Assembly: GCF_035084215.1 (NCBI RefSeq)
Contig: NC_090362.1
Location: forward strand, 12,710,001-12,774,000
Reading direction: 5' to 3'
Source of the DNA: Heptranchias perlo
Lineage: Eukaryota
DNA length: 64,000 nt
A program made the translations under genes and the position numbers. The notes below the pieces were generated by a model. It did no database searches. It saw only the letters and a program-made list of their open reading frames with translations, and had not been told where the DNA came from. Position 1 is the first letter of the stretch. The number at the start of each line of letters is the position of its first letter. Shown here one piece after another: positions 52,440 through 63,990 of the stretch.

Positions 52440-53720
52440 TTGTATTGAATCACTGAGGAAAGTGAGAGTGTCCAGTAGGGGGTGCCCGAAGATGGGAAAT
52501 CAGACTGAAGCTACACCCAGAACTGAGGGCGTGAGTGAGAGAGTGAGGAGAGGAAGGAAACGCTGAAGTACACGTACAGAAATCCACCGCCTGCCCTGTT
52601 TCAAAGCGGGCACCCTCTGTGTCCTTTTGCGAGGGTTTGAAGAGCAGTTTGAACTCAGGATGTCCACATCAGACGAGGCGGATGGACTGGGAGCAATCAG
52701 ACCCCACTATGGCTGTAAGTAACCAGTGAAAGACCCCATAAAACTACAGCAACTACACCTGGGGGAGGGGACTGAGAAACAACGCTCAGTAATTACAGTT
52801 AGTTTGTGGGGTGGGTGGGGGAAACAGGCGAGTTTAAAAAAATATTTACCGAGTTTTAAATCGATATTTAGAAGTGAGAGAGAGTTCACAGCCTGCCTGC
52901 CGAGTCAGGGCTGGTTTTTGGGGAGGGTTAAATCCGATGGGAGTGGGAGCGATAAACCGATGGATTGACCCCTCCCCGAGCTCCAGGTTTATTTTTGGGT
53001 TATATTTCCTGCTCAGTCTCCGACTCTCGGTCCCCAGCTCCGTGGAAAGTTAACGAGTCTGTGGCCAAAGTTGCGGACATTGGTTAGGAAGGGTTAACTT
53101 TTTTGTTTTTTAAAATTTCCTTTAAGGAATTAGAAGTTGACAGCGAGTCTCACATTTGTCCTCGTTTCCAGCCCCACAGGCTGGGATCCTGCGCTGCATT
53201 TCTTAAAAATACACGAAAGGGCGTCGGTTTTCTGGATGGGTGAACTGTTTACTGTTTTAGTTATTTTAATGTGATGTGAAACTGTTTAACCGGTGGGTTC
53301 AGGTTATTGCAGGAATTAAACTGTGAGCTGATAATGGTTCCTGCAGACAGTTAGTCTACAACCTGACTGGAGTGCAGACAGTCCCAGTCTGACCCGATTG
53401 CATCAGTCCCAGTGTCAGACCCACTGTCTAAATCTGTCTGGGTTTAAACTCATCGTCTTCCCCACCCCTGGGCCGAGCTCTCTCTTTATTAAATGTATCT
53501 CTTTTTGAGTTTGTAACTTTGCCAAGTATCGTTCAGGGAAGTGTATCCAACCAGCGGGGGTACCCGGGGCCGGCTGTCAATCCCAGTCCCAGCAGACCCC
53601 CACAGAGGCTGCTGGAGCGAAAATGTCTTCGAATCGGAGTTAAAATCCCCGGGGACTGGGAGCCGTCCGGGTGAGGCTGCCTGATGGCGGGAAACCAGCT
53701 TCCGTTTCACAACTGGTTCA
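52440..53720 (+). promoter_or_regulatory. IQGAP1 promoter / 5' CpG-enriched region
   Basis: Raised CpG density around exon 1 and the start of intron 1 relative to flanks. Confidence 0.55.
52660..52714 (+). CDS. IQGAP1: IQGAP1 coding exon 1 (MSTSDEADGLGAIRPHYG plus 1 nt)
   Basis: ATG at 52660, 55 nt, donor GCT|GTAAGT. Peptide resembles the IQGAP1 N-terminus (MSAADEVDGLGVARPHYG, recalled). Phase 1 joins exon 2 in frame. Confidence 0.92.
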
Positions 53721-53724
53721 AACC

Positions 53725-53975
53725 CCAGAGAGAGAGACCCCGGAATTAACTCCTTCTGACCCGAGAGAGAGCCTCAGGATTAACTCCTTGTGACCTGAGA
53801 GATGGAGACCCCAGGATTAATTCCCTCTGACCAGAGGAAGAGACTATAGGATTAACTATTTGTGACGAGAGAAAGGTAGAATCTCCCAGGATTAACTCTT
53901 TGCGACCAGAGGGCGACTCTCCCCAGGGTTAATTCCAGACGACCAAAGAGAGGCCCTCTCCTCCCCAGGATTGAT
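53725..53975. repeat. Degenerate 35-42-bp tandem repeat, ~7 copies
   Basis: Recurring caggattaactc...tgacc..agag at 53742, 53777, 53814, 53849, 53889, 53926, 53968. Confidence 0.8.
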
Positions 53976-54029
53976 AACAGCCATAACTTGTATTTATGTA
54001 GTATCTTTAACATAAGTGACTTTTAAAGG

Positions 54030-54262
54030 TTGGGAGTGAAGAGGCGAAGTGCTGTCTTTAAGGCAGTGGTGGGAGATGCACAAAAATGCAGAGTTGGAGA
54101 ATGGAAGGGTGCGGGATTTGCTGTATGTCTGGAGGAGGTTCTGGGGATAGGTGTGGGGCGAGGCTGTGGAGGGATTTGACAATGAGTTTGAGGATTTTAA
54201 ATTCAATGTATTGGGAGCCCCTATAGGTCAGTGAGGGCCAGGATAATTAGCAAGCAGGACAA
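54030..54262 (-). mobile_element. Degenerate L2 LINE fragment
   Basis: Similar to 50.3-50.5 kb (gaggctgtggagggatttg...aggattttaaatt...taggtcagtgag). Confidence 0.65.
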
Positions 54263-54496
54263 CACATGGGCGGCTGGGTCCAGAACAGGTTGCAAAGCAA
54301 TAAAAGGAGAGGGGGCAGCACTGAATCCATGCTTAGTCACGATCCTACAGCCAGGCAGGCTACAAATGGAGTAGCAGGTCTGCCAAGGGCCTCAGGCAAA
54401 GGCGAGGCTGAGGGCTACACGTTGTTCCCAGGCTGTGTTTTGACTGTCGCTGTCTTCTCAGATGAACCATACATAGAATTTACAGCACAGAGACAG

Positions 54497-55398
54497 GCCA
54501 TAGATACAGAGTAAATCTCCCTCGACACTGTCCCATCAAACACTCCCAGGGCAGGTACAGCACGGGTTAGATACAGAGTAAAGCTCCCTCTACACTGTCC
54601 CATTAAACACTCCCAGGGCAGGTACAGCACGGGTTAGATACAGAGTAAAGCTCCCTCTACACTGCCTCATTAAACACTCCCTGGGCAAGTACAGCACTGG
54701 TTAGATACAGAGTAAAGCTCCCTCTACACTGTCCCATTAAACACTCCCAGGGCAGGTACAGCACGGGTTAGATACAGAGTAAAGCTCCCTCTACACTGCC
54801 TCATTAAACACTCCCTGGGCAAGTACAGCACGGGTTAGATACAGAGTAAAGCTCCCTCTACACTGTCCCATTAAACACTCCCAGGGCAGGTACAGCACGG
54901 GTTAGATACAGAGTAAGGCTCCCTCTACACTGTCCCATTAAACACTCCCAGGGCAGGTACAGCACGGGTTAGATACAGAGTAAAGCTCCCTCTACACTGC
55001 CTCATTAAACACTCCCTGGGCAAGTACAGCACGGGTTAGATACAGAGTAAAGCTCCCTCTACACTGTCCCATTAAACACTCCCTGGGCAAGTACAGCACG
55101 GGTTAGATACAGAGTAAAGCTCCCTCTACACTGTCCCATTAAACACTCCCTGGGCAGGTACAGCACGGGTTAGATACAGAGTAAAGCTCCCTCTACACTG
55201 TCCCATTAAACACTCCCTGGGCAAGTACAGCACGGGTTAGATACAGAGTAAAGCTCCCTCTACACTGTCCCATTAAACACTCCCTGGGCAAGTACAGCAC
55301 GGGTTAGATACAGAGTAAAGCTCCCTCTACACTGTCCCATTAAACACTCCCTGGGCAAGTACAGCACGGGTTAGATACAGAGTAAAGCTCCCTCCACA
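54497..55398. repeat. 67-bp minisatellite, ~13.5 copies
   Basis: Unit gggttagatacagagtaaagctccctctacactgtcccattaaacactcccagggcaggtacagcac with exact 67-bp period (54564, 54631 ... 55301, 55368). Confidence 0.97.
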
Positions 55399-57209
55399 CC
55401 TACATCCAATAAAGTTCCTCAACTCCGGAAGAGCTCCTGAGTGACCTTTTTTCCATTTCCCACGTTACCTCTCCTAGTGGTTCATGTCCTTTAGGAACTG
55501 GGCTCAGATTGCTCAAACTCATTTCACATTGGACGATCACAGCCAGCAGACTGGACTGGATTTCAGTGCCTGCCAGCAGGGGAGAAGGCCGATTCCTGCT
55601 ACACTTGAAGATAAAATACCTGCATTTCTCTGCTCTGCTGATCACCTGCAGTGGAGAGAGTTTGTGAGGAGAGGGGAGATCCTCTCCGAGTGTAGCTATT
55701 GAGTTCCCTCAGGGTGATCCCTGTACGGACAGATTGGCAGATCTCTGTTCTCGGGGATGTAGCCCACTGCTGTTTTAACGGTGAACATAGTGTAAATGTG
55801 TAAGAAATCTGGAAATGGTTGCCATGGCAAAGTTGAGTGAGGATTTCCTTGTGGTCAGAGGTGGACAGAGTTTGGAAGCCTCTTCGTTTCTACCAGTTCC
55901 CCCCGCCCCTGTGAAGATGCTGACTCCGACAGGGGGTGGTTCCACAGGCACCAGTCACCCCCTCTGCACCTCACCCAAGTAGCTGTTCTTCATGAGTGTC
56001 TGTAGGCTATTCGACCGTGGGGCTATTCAATCCTGTCCGAACATGCACACTTCCAGCAGTTCACTGGATAGCACACGGGCAGGAAGCCTGACCGATTTTC
56101 CCTAAGCAGGGTGCATTGCCCCATCGCCACCCAGGCTGAAATCAGCCGACTGAGTAAAGACCAGGAATGGGAGCCCCTTCAAACATTTGAATAAATTGGA
56201 TTAAAAATGTGCTGTGCTGCGTGCCGTACTGTTAATGGACAGTGACCCAGGAACGTGGCAGAAGAAAGGCAGGTAGACCCCATGGCTGGGCATCACCAAC
56301 AATAAAGAACATGTTTATAATTTCACTATAAGCAGCAAAAAGACAAAATCCTACTCCAATAATTTCTGTGCTCTACTTCCTCCCGTAGTCACCCCTCTTG
56401 GGTGTGAAATGGTTAATTTTGTAAGTGTGCCTTCCACTTTGAGTGGAGGCTACAGATGAGATTCCTGTAACATTCCAATCTATTTGTACAACTAATGTGG
56501 TGTAGCGTCTATAAACATCGACAGTCAATACAAGATAGGATTTTACACCCACATCTCCAGAATGAATTGAAAAGAAATCCTGGCAACCAGTAGCAGGAGC
56601 CCTGAACAATTTTCCCTCCTTTGCCTGGGGCACGGAGGCTGATTGCAGTTCTTCTACTGCCCTGGCTGAGATCAGCTTCCTCAGCACAGACCAGATTGAA
56701 CCTTGCACCTTCCTGTATGGGTCAGCAGCATGTTAGGTAGTCTATTGCCCACTGGGCCATTGAGGGGAGGGTATTATGTCGGCAATGGGTTCATGAGTTG
56801 GACCAGCACTGGGGAGTAGGCTTGCCTGTGTGAGATAGCTGTCATTTTTTTCTCTTGCATATAATTGCACGGGCGGCCTGAGTGCTGAAACCTATCCACA
56901 AGGGTCACACTGACTGATTTGGGTTTTCATTTTATTTCGCCCTTCAGCCCTCTTTGTAGAGTTAATATGACTCGTGCCAGCACTTGGTCATTACAAGCTG
57001 TCGCAAAACAGTTCTAGTTGGGAATGGGATTGGAGGTTATAGGGCTAGGTAGAAGTAGGACTGAGATGATCAACAAGTCCATGAGTCACAATGGTTCCTG
57101 TGCTGCTGGGGAGCGGGGGGGGAAGGAAGAGAGGGGTACAACAGGCCAGAGTTGAGTAGCAGAGATGTGGAGATTAATGAATATTCTCGAGTTTTGTTTG
57201 ATATAGAAG

Positions 57210-58942
57210 AATAAGTTGCATTTATACAGCATGTCCCAAAGTCCACTTACAGGGAGTTACTTTTTGAAGTGCAGCGACTGTTTTGTGGAGGCAAACATGG
57301 CAGCCATCATGTGCACAGCAAGATCCCACAAACAGCAGTAAGATAAATGACCAGTTAACCTGTTGTTTGGGTTAGTGTTGGTTGAGGAAGGAATGTTGGT
57401 CGAGGTACTGGGAGAACTCCCTGCTCTTCTAATAGTGTCATGGGATCGTCAACATCCACCTGAACAGGCAAATATGTTCAATATCTCAAAAGGAAGGCCC
57501 TCTCACATATTTGCGTGTTATCAGCAGGTGTGGATCACTGGTTTTTGCACTTCCTGAATAGTCAGAGCTCTTCTTGCAACAATAATAATCTTGCAAGCAA
57601 AAAAGTAATGCAGGGCTAAACTGGGGTTATCCAACATGGCAGCAACAGTGCACTGTCCTTGTGATCTTCTCGTTCCCTTGTCTGATTACTCAACCTGCGA
57701 CAACACGAGGAGCTGAAATCAATCTATAAATAGAAATCGGAAGATGCGTGTTATGCCCTCAGCCCCACAGAGACTGAGTTCAGCTTGGCTCAGGATGAGC
57801 TCCGTTCAGTCAGGTTCTCATGAGGACTGATGCTGAGGATCACAGGTAACTGGGGAGGTGGGATACTAGTTTCCTCCTGAGTCATCTAGTGAAGTCCCAT
57901 TGATACCTACATCGTAGAGTGTAAAATAGTAATGAAGAAAGGGTACTTGCCACATTGACCCCTCCCCTCCCACCTCCTGACCGTCAAGATGGAGTGCCAT
58001 ATCCCTGGACAAAGCCTAAAAATTTCTGCACTTAGCCTGTGTAGCACGACTTGCCTTCTGAATACTGTAATTTTGAGGAGTAAGTCCCAGGGGTGACAGA
58101 GATGCCAGTTTGAGTGACAAAAAGTCACCGACCTTGGCCTCAGGCTCTCCCCAATCTAGCCCTTTATAACAACAGTTAGAAAGAAGGATTTGCATTTATA
58201 TAGCGCCTTTCTCGTCCACAGGACGTCCCAAAGCACTTTACAACCAATGAAGTACTTTTTGAAGTGTAATCTATTAATGTAGGGAAATGGGGCAGTCAAT
58301 TTGCGCACAGCAAGATCCCGCGGCTGGCAGGTACTGCATTACAGAGTAATTCATTGCATGAAAAACCCTTTTGAGATATACCTGAATAATTCCTGAAGTG
58401 CTTGGCCTGGGGGAAATCTTTCTGAGATTCTCACTGATTCCCAATGGTAATTGAGGAACGACTCCAGAACATTGATCTAATGTTGCAAGCTGCTCCCAAC
58501 CCCTACTGGTGGTACCACACAGATGAGACTGATCCTGACACAAGTTTTCCCCCCTCCCCATTTATAGACACCCCGAGTGGTAGTGGCGTATTCATCCCTT
58601 CACCCGCTCTCCATACCGCCCCACCCCGTCAAAAAAAAAATCCAGTTCCAGATAAGTTTACAATTTGATTAAAACCAGAAAATGTTGAAAACTTGGATTT
58701 ATATAGCGCCTTACACGACCTCAGGACATCCCAAAGCGCTTTACAGCCGATGAAGTACTTTTTGAAGTGTAGTCACTGTTGTAATGTAGGAAACACGGCA
58801 GCCAATTTGCGCACAGCAAGATCCCACAAACAGCAATGAGATAATGGCCAGATAACCTGTTTTTAGTGGTTGAGGGATAAATATTGATCAGGATACCGGG
58901 CAGAACTCCCGTGCTCTTCTTTGGAAAAAGTGCCATGGGATC
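57210..58942 (-). mobile_element. Three partial Deu-SINE 3' halves (57210-57490, 58180-58320, 58690-58942); others at 9935-10110, 23150-23350, 27280-27392, 43145-43262
   Basis: Shared ttgcatttatatagcgcc...tttttgaagtgtagtcactgttg block. Confidence 0.8.
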
Positions 58943-59574
58943 AACAAGAGAAAAGACATTAACCTTTCTGAAGAATGCTTTCCTCTGGTCAGAGGATGGC
59001 AAGTCTGCTGTGTATTTCCAGCACCTTCTGGGACTGATTTCAGATTTCCAAGTTTTGTGTCTCGATGATGTCAGTGTTTACTGGTGACTTGCAGTGATGG
59101 TGAGCGTTTGACCAGCCAAGCTATGACCTCACCTTCACTACATCTGGTCCAGGTGGGAATTAGAACAAACGGTCAGCATTCCTGTACCCGTGCCAGGGAT
59201 CAGAGCTTTGTAAATCAGAGCTGCATCTTCCGTGATGCTGCTCCCTGGGTGTAGCAGGGAGGGATGTGCAGATTTTCTGTTTCCTCCTTGATTTGGTTTA
59301 ATATCCAGCTCCTCAGTTTGCTAAGAATTTCAGATTTGCTAAAGTCTGATTAATTTTTTTTAGGTGCAGAATGAATTCTTTCAGCAGCAGAGCTCTGCCT
59401 GATCCATTTAGTTACAGTCCCCACCACTTACACCGTCCCTGCTTACCACAGGCAGCCGCCTATATCAGGTTAAATGGCGTTAACCATTTGCCATCACCAT
59501 AGCGTCAGCTACAAAGGTGCCGCTTATAACGTATTAAGTGTGCCAGCTATCTTGGGCAGTTCAATAAGTACTTA

Positions 59575-59734
59575 AAATAAAAACAGAAAATGCTGGAAAA
59601 CACTCAGCAGGTCAGGCAGAGAAACACAGTGTTTCTGTTTCCACAGACGCGGCCTGACCTGCTGAGTGTTTCCAGCATTTTCATTTCAGATTTCCAGTAC
59701 CTGCAATTGAGGATGTATTTTGCTTTTGTTTTAG
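59575..59734. mobile_element. Inverted (fold-back) Penelope-like terminal insertion with 14-bp TSD
   Basis: tcaataagtactta at 59561-59574 and 59735-59748; arms 59586-59617 and 59652-59682 are reverse complements; same tail family as 52062-52426. Confidence 0.75.
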
Positions 59735-60483
59735 TCAATAAGTACTTACCGTGTACGTAGCCATTTGAAACTGTTCAAAGACTCGACTTTTAAATCAACT
59801 GTTTGCACCTGGTCAAAGTACGATCAACTTAGTGAGGAGATTCTAGATGCAACTGCTAACAATTAGTTGCTAAGTGAGATTTCCTGTTTTCTTTTAAATA
59901 CGTCGGTTACTTCGCTTTTTGGGTTTACCGCGTATAGCGGGCAAATCGCGTTCGCACCAACGTGCCAGCTATCTGCGGTGAGCGAATGTATTTGTTTCCT
60001 GAAAGAACTAAATCGGCAAGGTTTACGTTCCCTCGACTTGCTCCCTTCATTGCCTGAAGGTGCTGACTTACACTGAGGTATAGTTTAACGGGCACCAGGA
60101 GCTCTCAAGTACTTCGCTCATGGGCCAGCAAGTCAGAGTCTTCAAGACAAGAGTGGTGGAGGGGCGACCCACACAAACAAACTATTTTGCCAGAAGATTG
60201 TCCCTGACATTGTCCACAGTCAATTGAGGAAGTGTTTTTTTAAATATACAAGATAGCAACAGAGTTGGGAGACTTCAGAACCTCACCATCTAGTGCCCAG
60301 AGCCTGCAACTACATCGTGACTTTTGGCATAACAAAATTGAATGGGAAATGTTTACGTAGCAATTTACAATGGGAAAAGTTGACAAAGGCGGACTAGAAA
60401 TCGTGACAACAGAAAGTAAGGATTGCAAAGAGGCCACGCATGCCTTACATGAGATTTTTAATATTTTTTTCATTGTTTTATAG

Positions 60484-60583
60484 CTGTTTTGGATAATGAG
60501 CGTCTTACGGCCGAGGAGATGGATGAACGGAGACGGCAAAACATTGCCTACGAATATCTCTGTCACCTGGAGGAAGCCAAGCG
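60484..60583 (+). CDS. IQGAP1: IQGAP1 coding exon 2 (SVLDNERLTAEEMDERRRQNIAYEYLCHLEEAKR)
   Basis: Acceptor ttgttttatag|CT, 100 nt, donor CG|GTGAGT. Hallmark IQGAP sequence before the CH domain; VLDNERLT is IQGAP1-type. Confidence 0.95.
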
Positions 60584-60952
60584 GTGAGTCCCTTTTACAT
60601 TGCTCTCTTTGAGGCCTTCCTGTTGTCACTGTGTCTGCCAGCAAGAGAGGAGCAGTGTTGTTGGGCTGTGGATTCTCTGTATGTGCCATTGCTGCTGCTC
60701 TACATTGTCCTGTAGGAGAGATCCTTTTCAGGATGGGATTGGCAGTGAGTCAATGTATAAAACCTAAGACCTATTAGGAACAGTTAAAAACCATTAGGAC
60801 CAATAAGCCTATGATTCATCTCAACCCCACCTTTTCACCAAATTCCTCAATCCCTTCTCTCTGCAGAAACACACTGTGAACCCATTTACACTGTCGGAGA
60901 GCGCAAGCTAACAATTAGCAGTCAAGAGAATTTGACTGAAACCTTTTCATTC

Positions 60953-61362
60953 ATTTCTAGAAAAGAGAAGACTGAGGGGTGGCCTAATAGAGGTCTATAA
61001 AATTATGATGGGGTTTAATGGGGTAGATGTCGAAGATGTTTCCACCTGTGGGGGTAGGTCCAAAATTAGGGGCCATAAATATGAAGATAGTAATAAATCC
61101 AATAAGGAATTCAGGAGAAACATGTTTACCCAGAGAGTGGTGGGAATGTGGAACTTGCTACATGGAGCAGTTGAGGCGAATAACAAAGATACATTTAAGG
61201 GGAAGCTAGATAAGTACGTAAGGGGGAAAAGGAACAGAAGGATATGTTGATCGGGTTAGATGAAGTAGAGCGGGAAGAGGCTCGTGTGGAGCATAAACAC
61301 CAGCATAGACCAGTTGGGCTGAAGGGCCTGTTTCTGTGCTGTAAATTCTGTGTAATTCTATG
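60953..61362 (+). mobile_element. CR1 LINE 3' fragment
   Basis: FTQRVVGMWNLL...FKGKLDKY; tail aattctgtgtaattctatgt. Confidence 0.88.
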
Positions 61363-61659
61363 TAAAAGGGTAATCAAGTTATGAAGTAAGTTACAAGAGG
61401 AGGACACTGAAGCAGACGACTCCAATAGGTTTCAGGAGAGAGATAGGATTGAAGGAAATGGTGAGAAGGTGGGGAAGTGGGGTTGCTCTATGAAATAGAG
61501 AGGGGGCTTGTTGAGCCTAAAAATATCTTCTGCCCCGAATAATCTTTTTTTAATTTCCAGGAACTGAACTTATTTTGTTCTCCTTTGGGACTCTGATGGG
61601 CAATGTTGAGTGAGCTTGTGACCTGTCAGTCATTTTTGCCCTTCTGCCCCTCATTGTAA

Positions 61660-63352
61660 CTAGAACCATAGAAAAGATACAGCACAGAAGGGGGCCATTC
61701 GGCCCATTGTGTCCACGCCGGTTCGAAGAACAACCAGGTGCCCATTCTAATCCCACCCTCCAGCACCCGGTCCGTAGCCCTGCAGCTTACAGTACTTTAG
61801 GTGCAGGTCCAGGTACTTTTTAGAAGAGTTGAGGGTCCCTGCCTCGACCACCAATTCGGGCCGCGAATTCCATACACCCACCATCCTCTGGGTAAAAAAG
61901 TTTTTCCTCATGTCCCCTCTGATCCTTCCGCCAATCAGCTTAAATCTCTGTCCTCTAGTTCTTGAACTCTCTGCTAGGGGAAACAGGTACTTCCTGTCTA
62001 CTCTATCTGGGCCCCTCATAATTTTGTACACCTCAATCAAGTCTCCCCTCAGCCTCCTCTGCTCCAAGGAAAACAACACCAGCCTATCCAATCTCTCCTC
62101 GTAGCTGCAATTTTCAAGCCCTGGCAACATTCTTGTAAATCTTCTCTGCACTCTCTCCAGAGCAATTACGTCCTTCCTGTAATGTGGCGACCAGAACTGC
62201 GCACAATACTCCAGCTGTGGCCTTACCAGCGTTTTATACAGTTCCATCATTACATCCCTGCTTTTGTATTCTATACCTCGGCTAATAACGGAGAACATTC
62301 CGTATGCCTTCTTCACAACCTTATCTACCTGTACTGCCACCTTCAGGGACCTGTACACGTGCACTCCAAGGTCTCTCCCTTCCTCTACCTCTCTCAATAT
62401 ATTTCCGTTTACTGCGTATTCCCTTTTACTGTTTGCCCTCCCTAAGTGCATTACCTCACACTTCTCCGGGTTGAACTCCATTTGCCACTTTTCCACCCAC
62501 TCCACCATTGATATCTTCTTGGAGTCTACAACTATCCTCTTCACTATCAACTACACGGCCAATTTTTGTGTCGTCTGCAAATTTGCCAATCATGCCCCCT
62601 ACATTCAAGTCCAAATCATTAATATATACCACAAACAGCAAGGGACCCAACACTGAACCCTGTGGTACACCACTGGAAACGGATTTCCATTCGCAAAGAC
62701 ATCCATCGACTTTCACCCTTTGTTTCCTGTTACTGAGCCAATTTTGGATCCAATTCGCCACATTTCCCTGTATCCCATGGGCTTTTACCTTTCTGACCAG
62801 TCTGCCATGTGGGACCTTGTCAAATGCCTGACTAAAATCCATGTAGACAACATCCACTGCACTACCCTCATTAATCCTCCTTGTCACTTCCTCAAAGAAT
62901 TTAATCAGATTTGTAAGGCATGACCTTCCCTGAACAAATCATGCTGACTATCCCTGATTAAACCATGCCTTTCCAAGTGACAGTTTACCCTATCTCTCAA
63001 TATTGATTCTAATAGTTTGCCCACCACTGAGGTAAGACTGACCGGCCTATAATTGTTCAGCCTTTCCCTCATACCCTTCTTAAACAATGGTGCTACGTTT
63101 GCAGTCTTCCAGTCCTCCGGCACCTCCCCTGTATCTAGTGAGGATTGGAAAATGATCCTCAGAGCATCCGCTATTTCCTCCCTGGCTTCCTTCAATGGCC
63201 TAGGAAACAATCCATCCGGCCCTGGTGACTTATCAACTTTCAAGGATTCCAGCCCCTCTAGTACTTCCTCTCTCGTTATGTTTACCTTATCCAATATTTC
63301 ACACCTCTCCTCTTTAACTACTACGTCTGGATCATCCTTTTCCTTTGTGAAT
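61660..63352 (-). mobile_element. ~1.7-kb CR1 LINE, antisense in IQGAP1 intron 2
   Basis: KSPGPDGLFPR, NYRPVSLTSVVGK, DFSQAFDKVPH, GVPQGSVLGP, FADDTK, LEYCAQFWSPH; frameshifted. Confidence 0.96.
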
Positions 63353-63544
63353 ACGGCGACACCGAAGAACATTGCACGATTGAATCCGGGGAATATGATT
63401 TCCACCCAGATGCCCCATGCTGTGGGATGCTAGTTGTTCTACTGTAAGAGGTGGGCAAAGTGATGGAAAGTAGGATTGTGATTCCCAGATATTCTAGCGA
63501 CACATAACGATGACTGGGATCACAGTAACTGTGCAACCCCTTGT

Positions 63545-63990
63545 GAAATTTTCCTCTTTTTCCCCTGATTTTTCTCCCCATCTCTCCTGAAGGATCATTT
63601 TGGAGTCCTTGGACACTGGGCACCCTGAGTGCTCGATGTTCTTGTGTGAGCCTAGACAGCGTGTGTGTCACCGAGCTGTTCGATCATGGGGAGCCTCAGA
63701 GATATCCTGATGCCCACACCCGTGCGGAGAGCCTGGGCTCCCGTTCAGCGTCTCCCATCTCCGCCGCATTTACCAACTGTCTGCTTTTCTTGCGGACGTG
63801 AGCTTTTCCAGTCCTGCCCCCGTTCCCCTCCCCCCCCCCCCCCCCCCAAGCCTGCGCTGTTCGTGCAGGGGCCAGGAAAACAGACGATTGGTGAAGTTGT
63901 CCCATAATCCACCAAGGGACAACTTCAGCAACCAGATGTTTCTCCAACCCCTGCGTGATCAGCACAGTGGGGTCAAACCTGCATCTGTCC
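63545..63990 (-). mobile_element. AmnSINE2-like old SINE (representative copy)
   Basis: tctcctgaagg...gtgtgagcctagacag...catcacc/gtcaccgagc...tcagcacag blocks shared with about 20 other copies. Confidence 0.6.

Noticed and set aside
54497-55398. Regular array resembling CRISPR
   Set aside because: Head-to-tail units with no unique spacers, no cas genes, vertebrate intron context.
59410-59990. CpG-enriched stretch with repeated gtgccagctatct (~59540 and ~59962)
   Set aside because: Probably an old repeat hosting the fold-back insertion, but no termini or family could be established.
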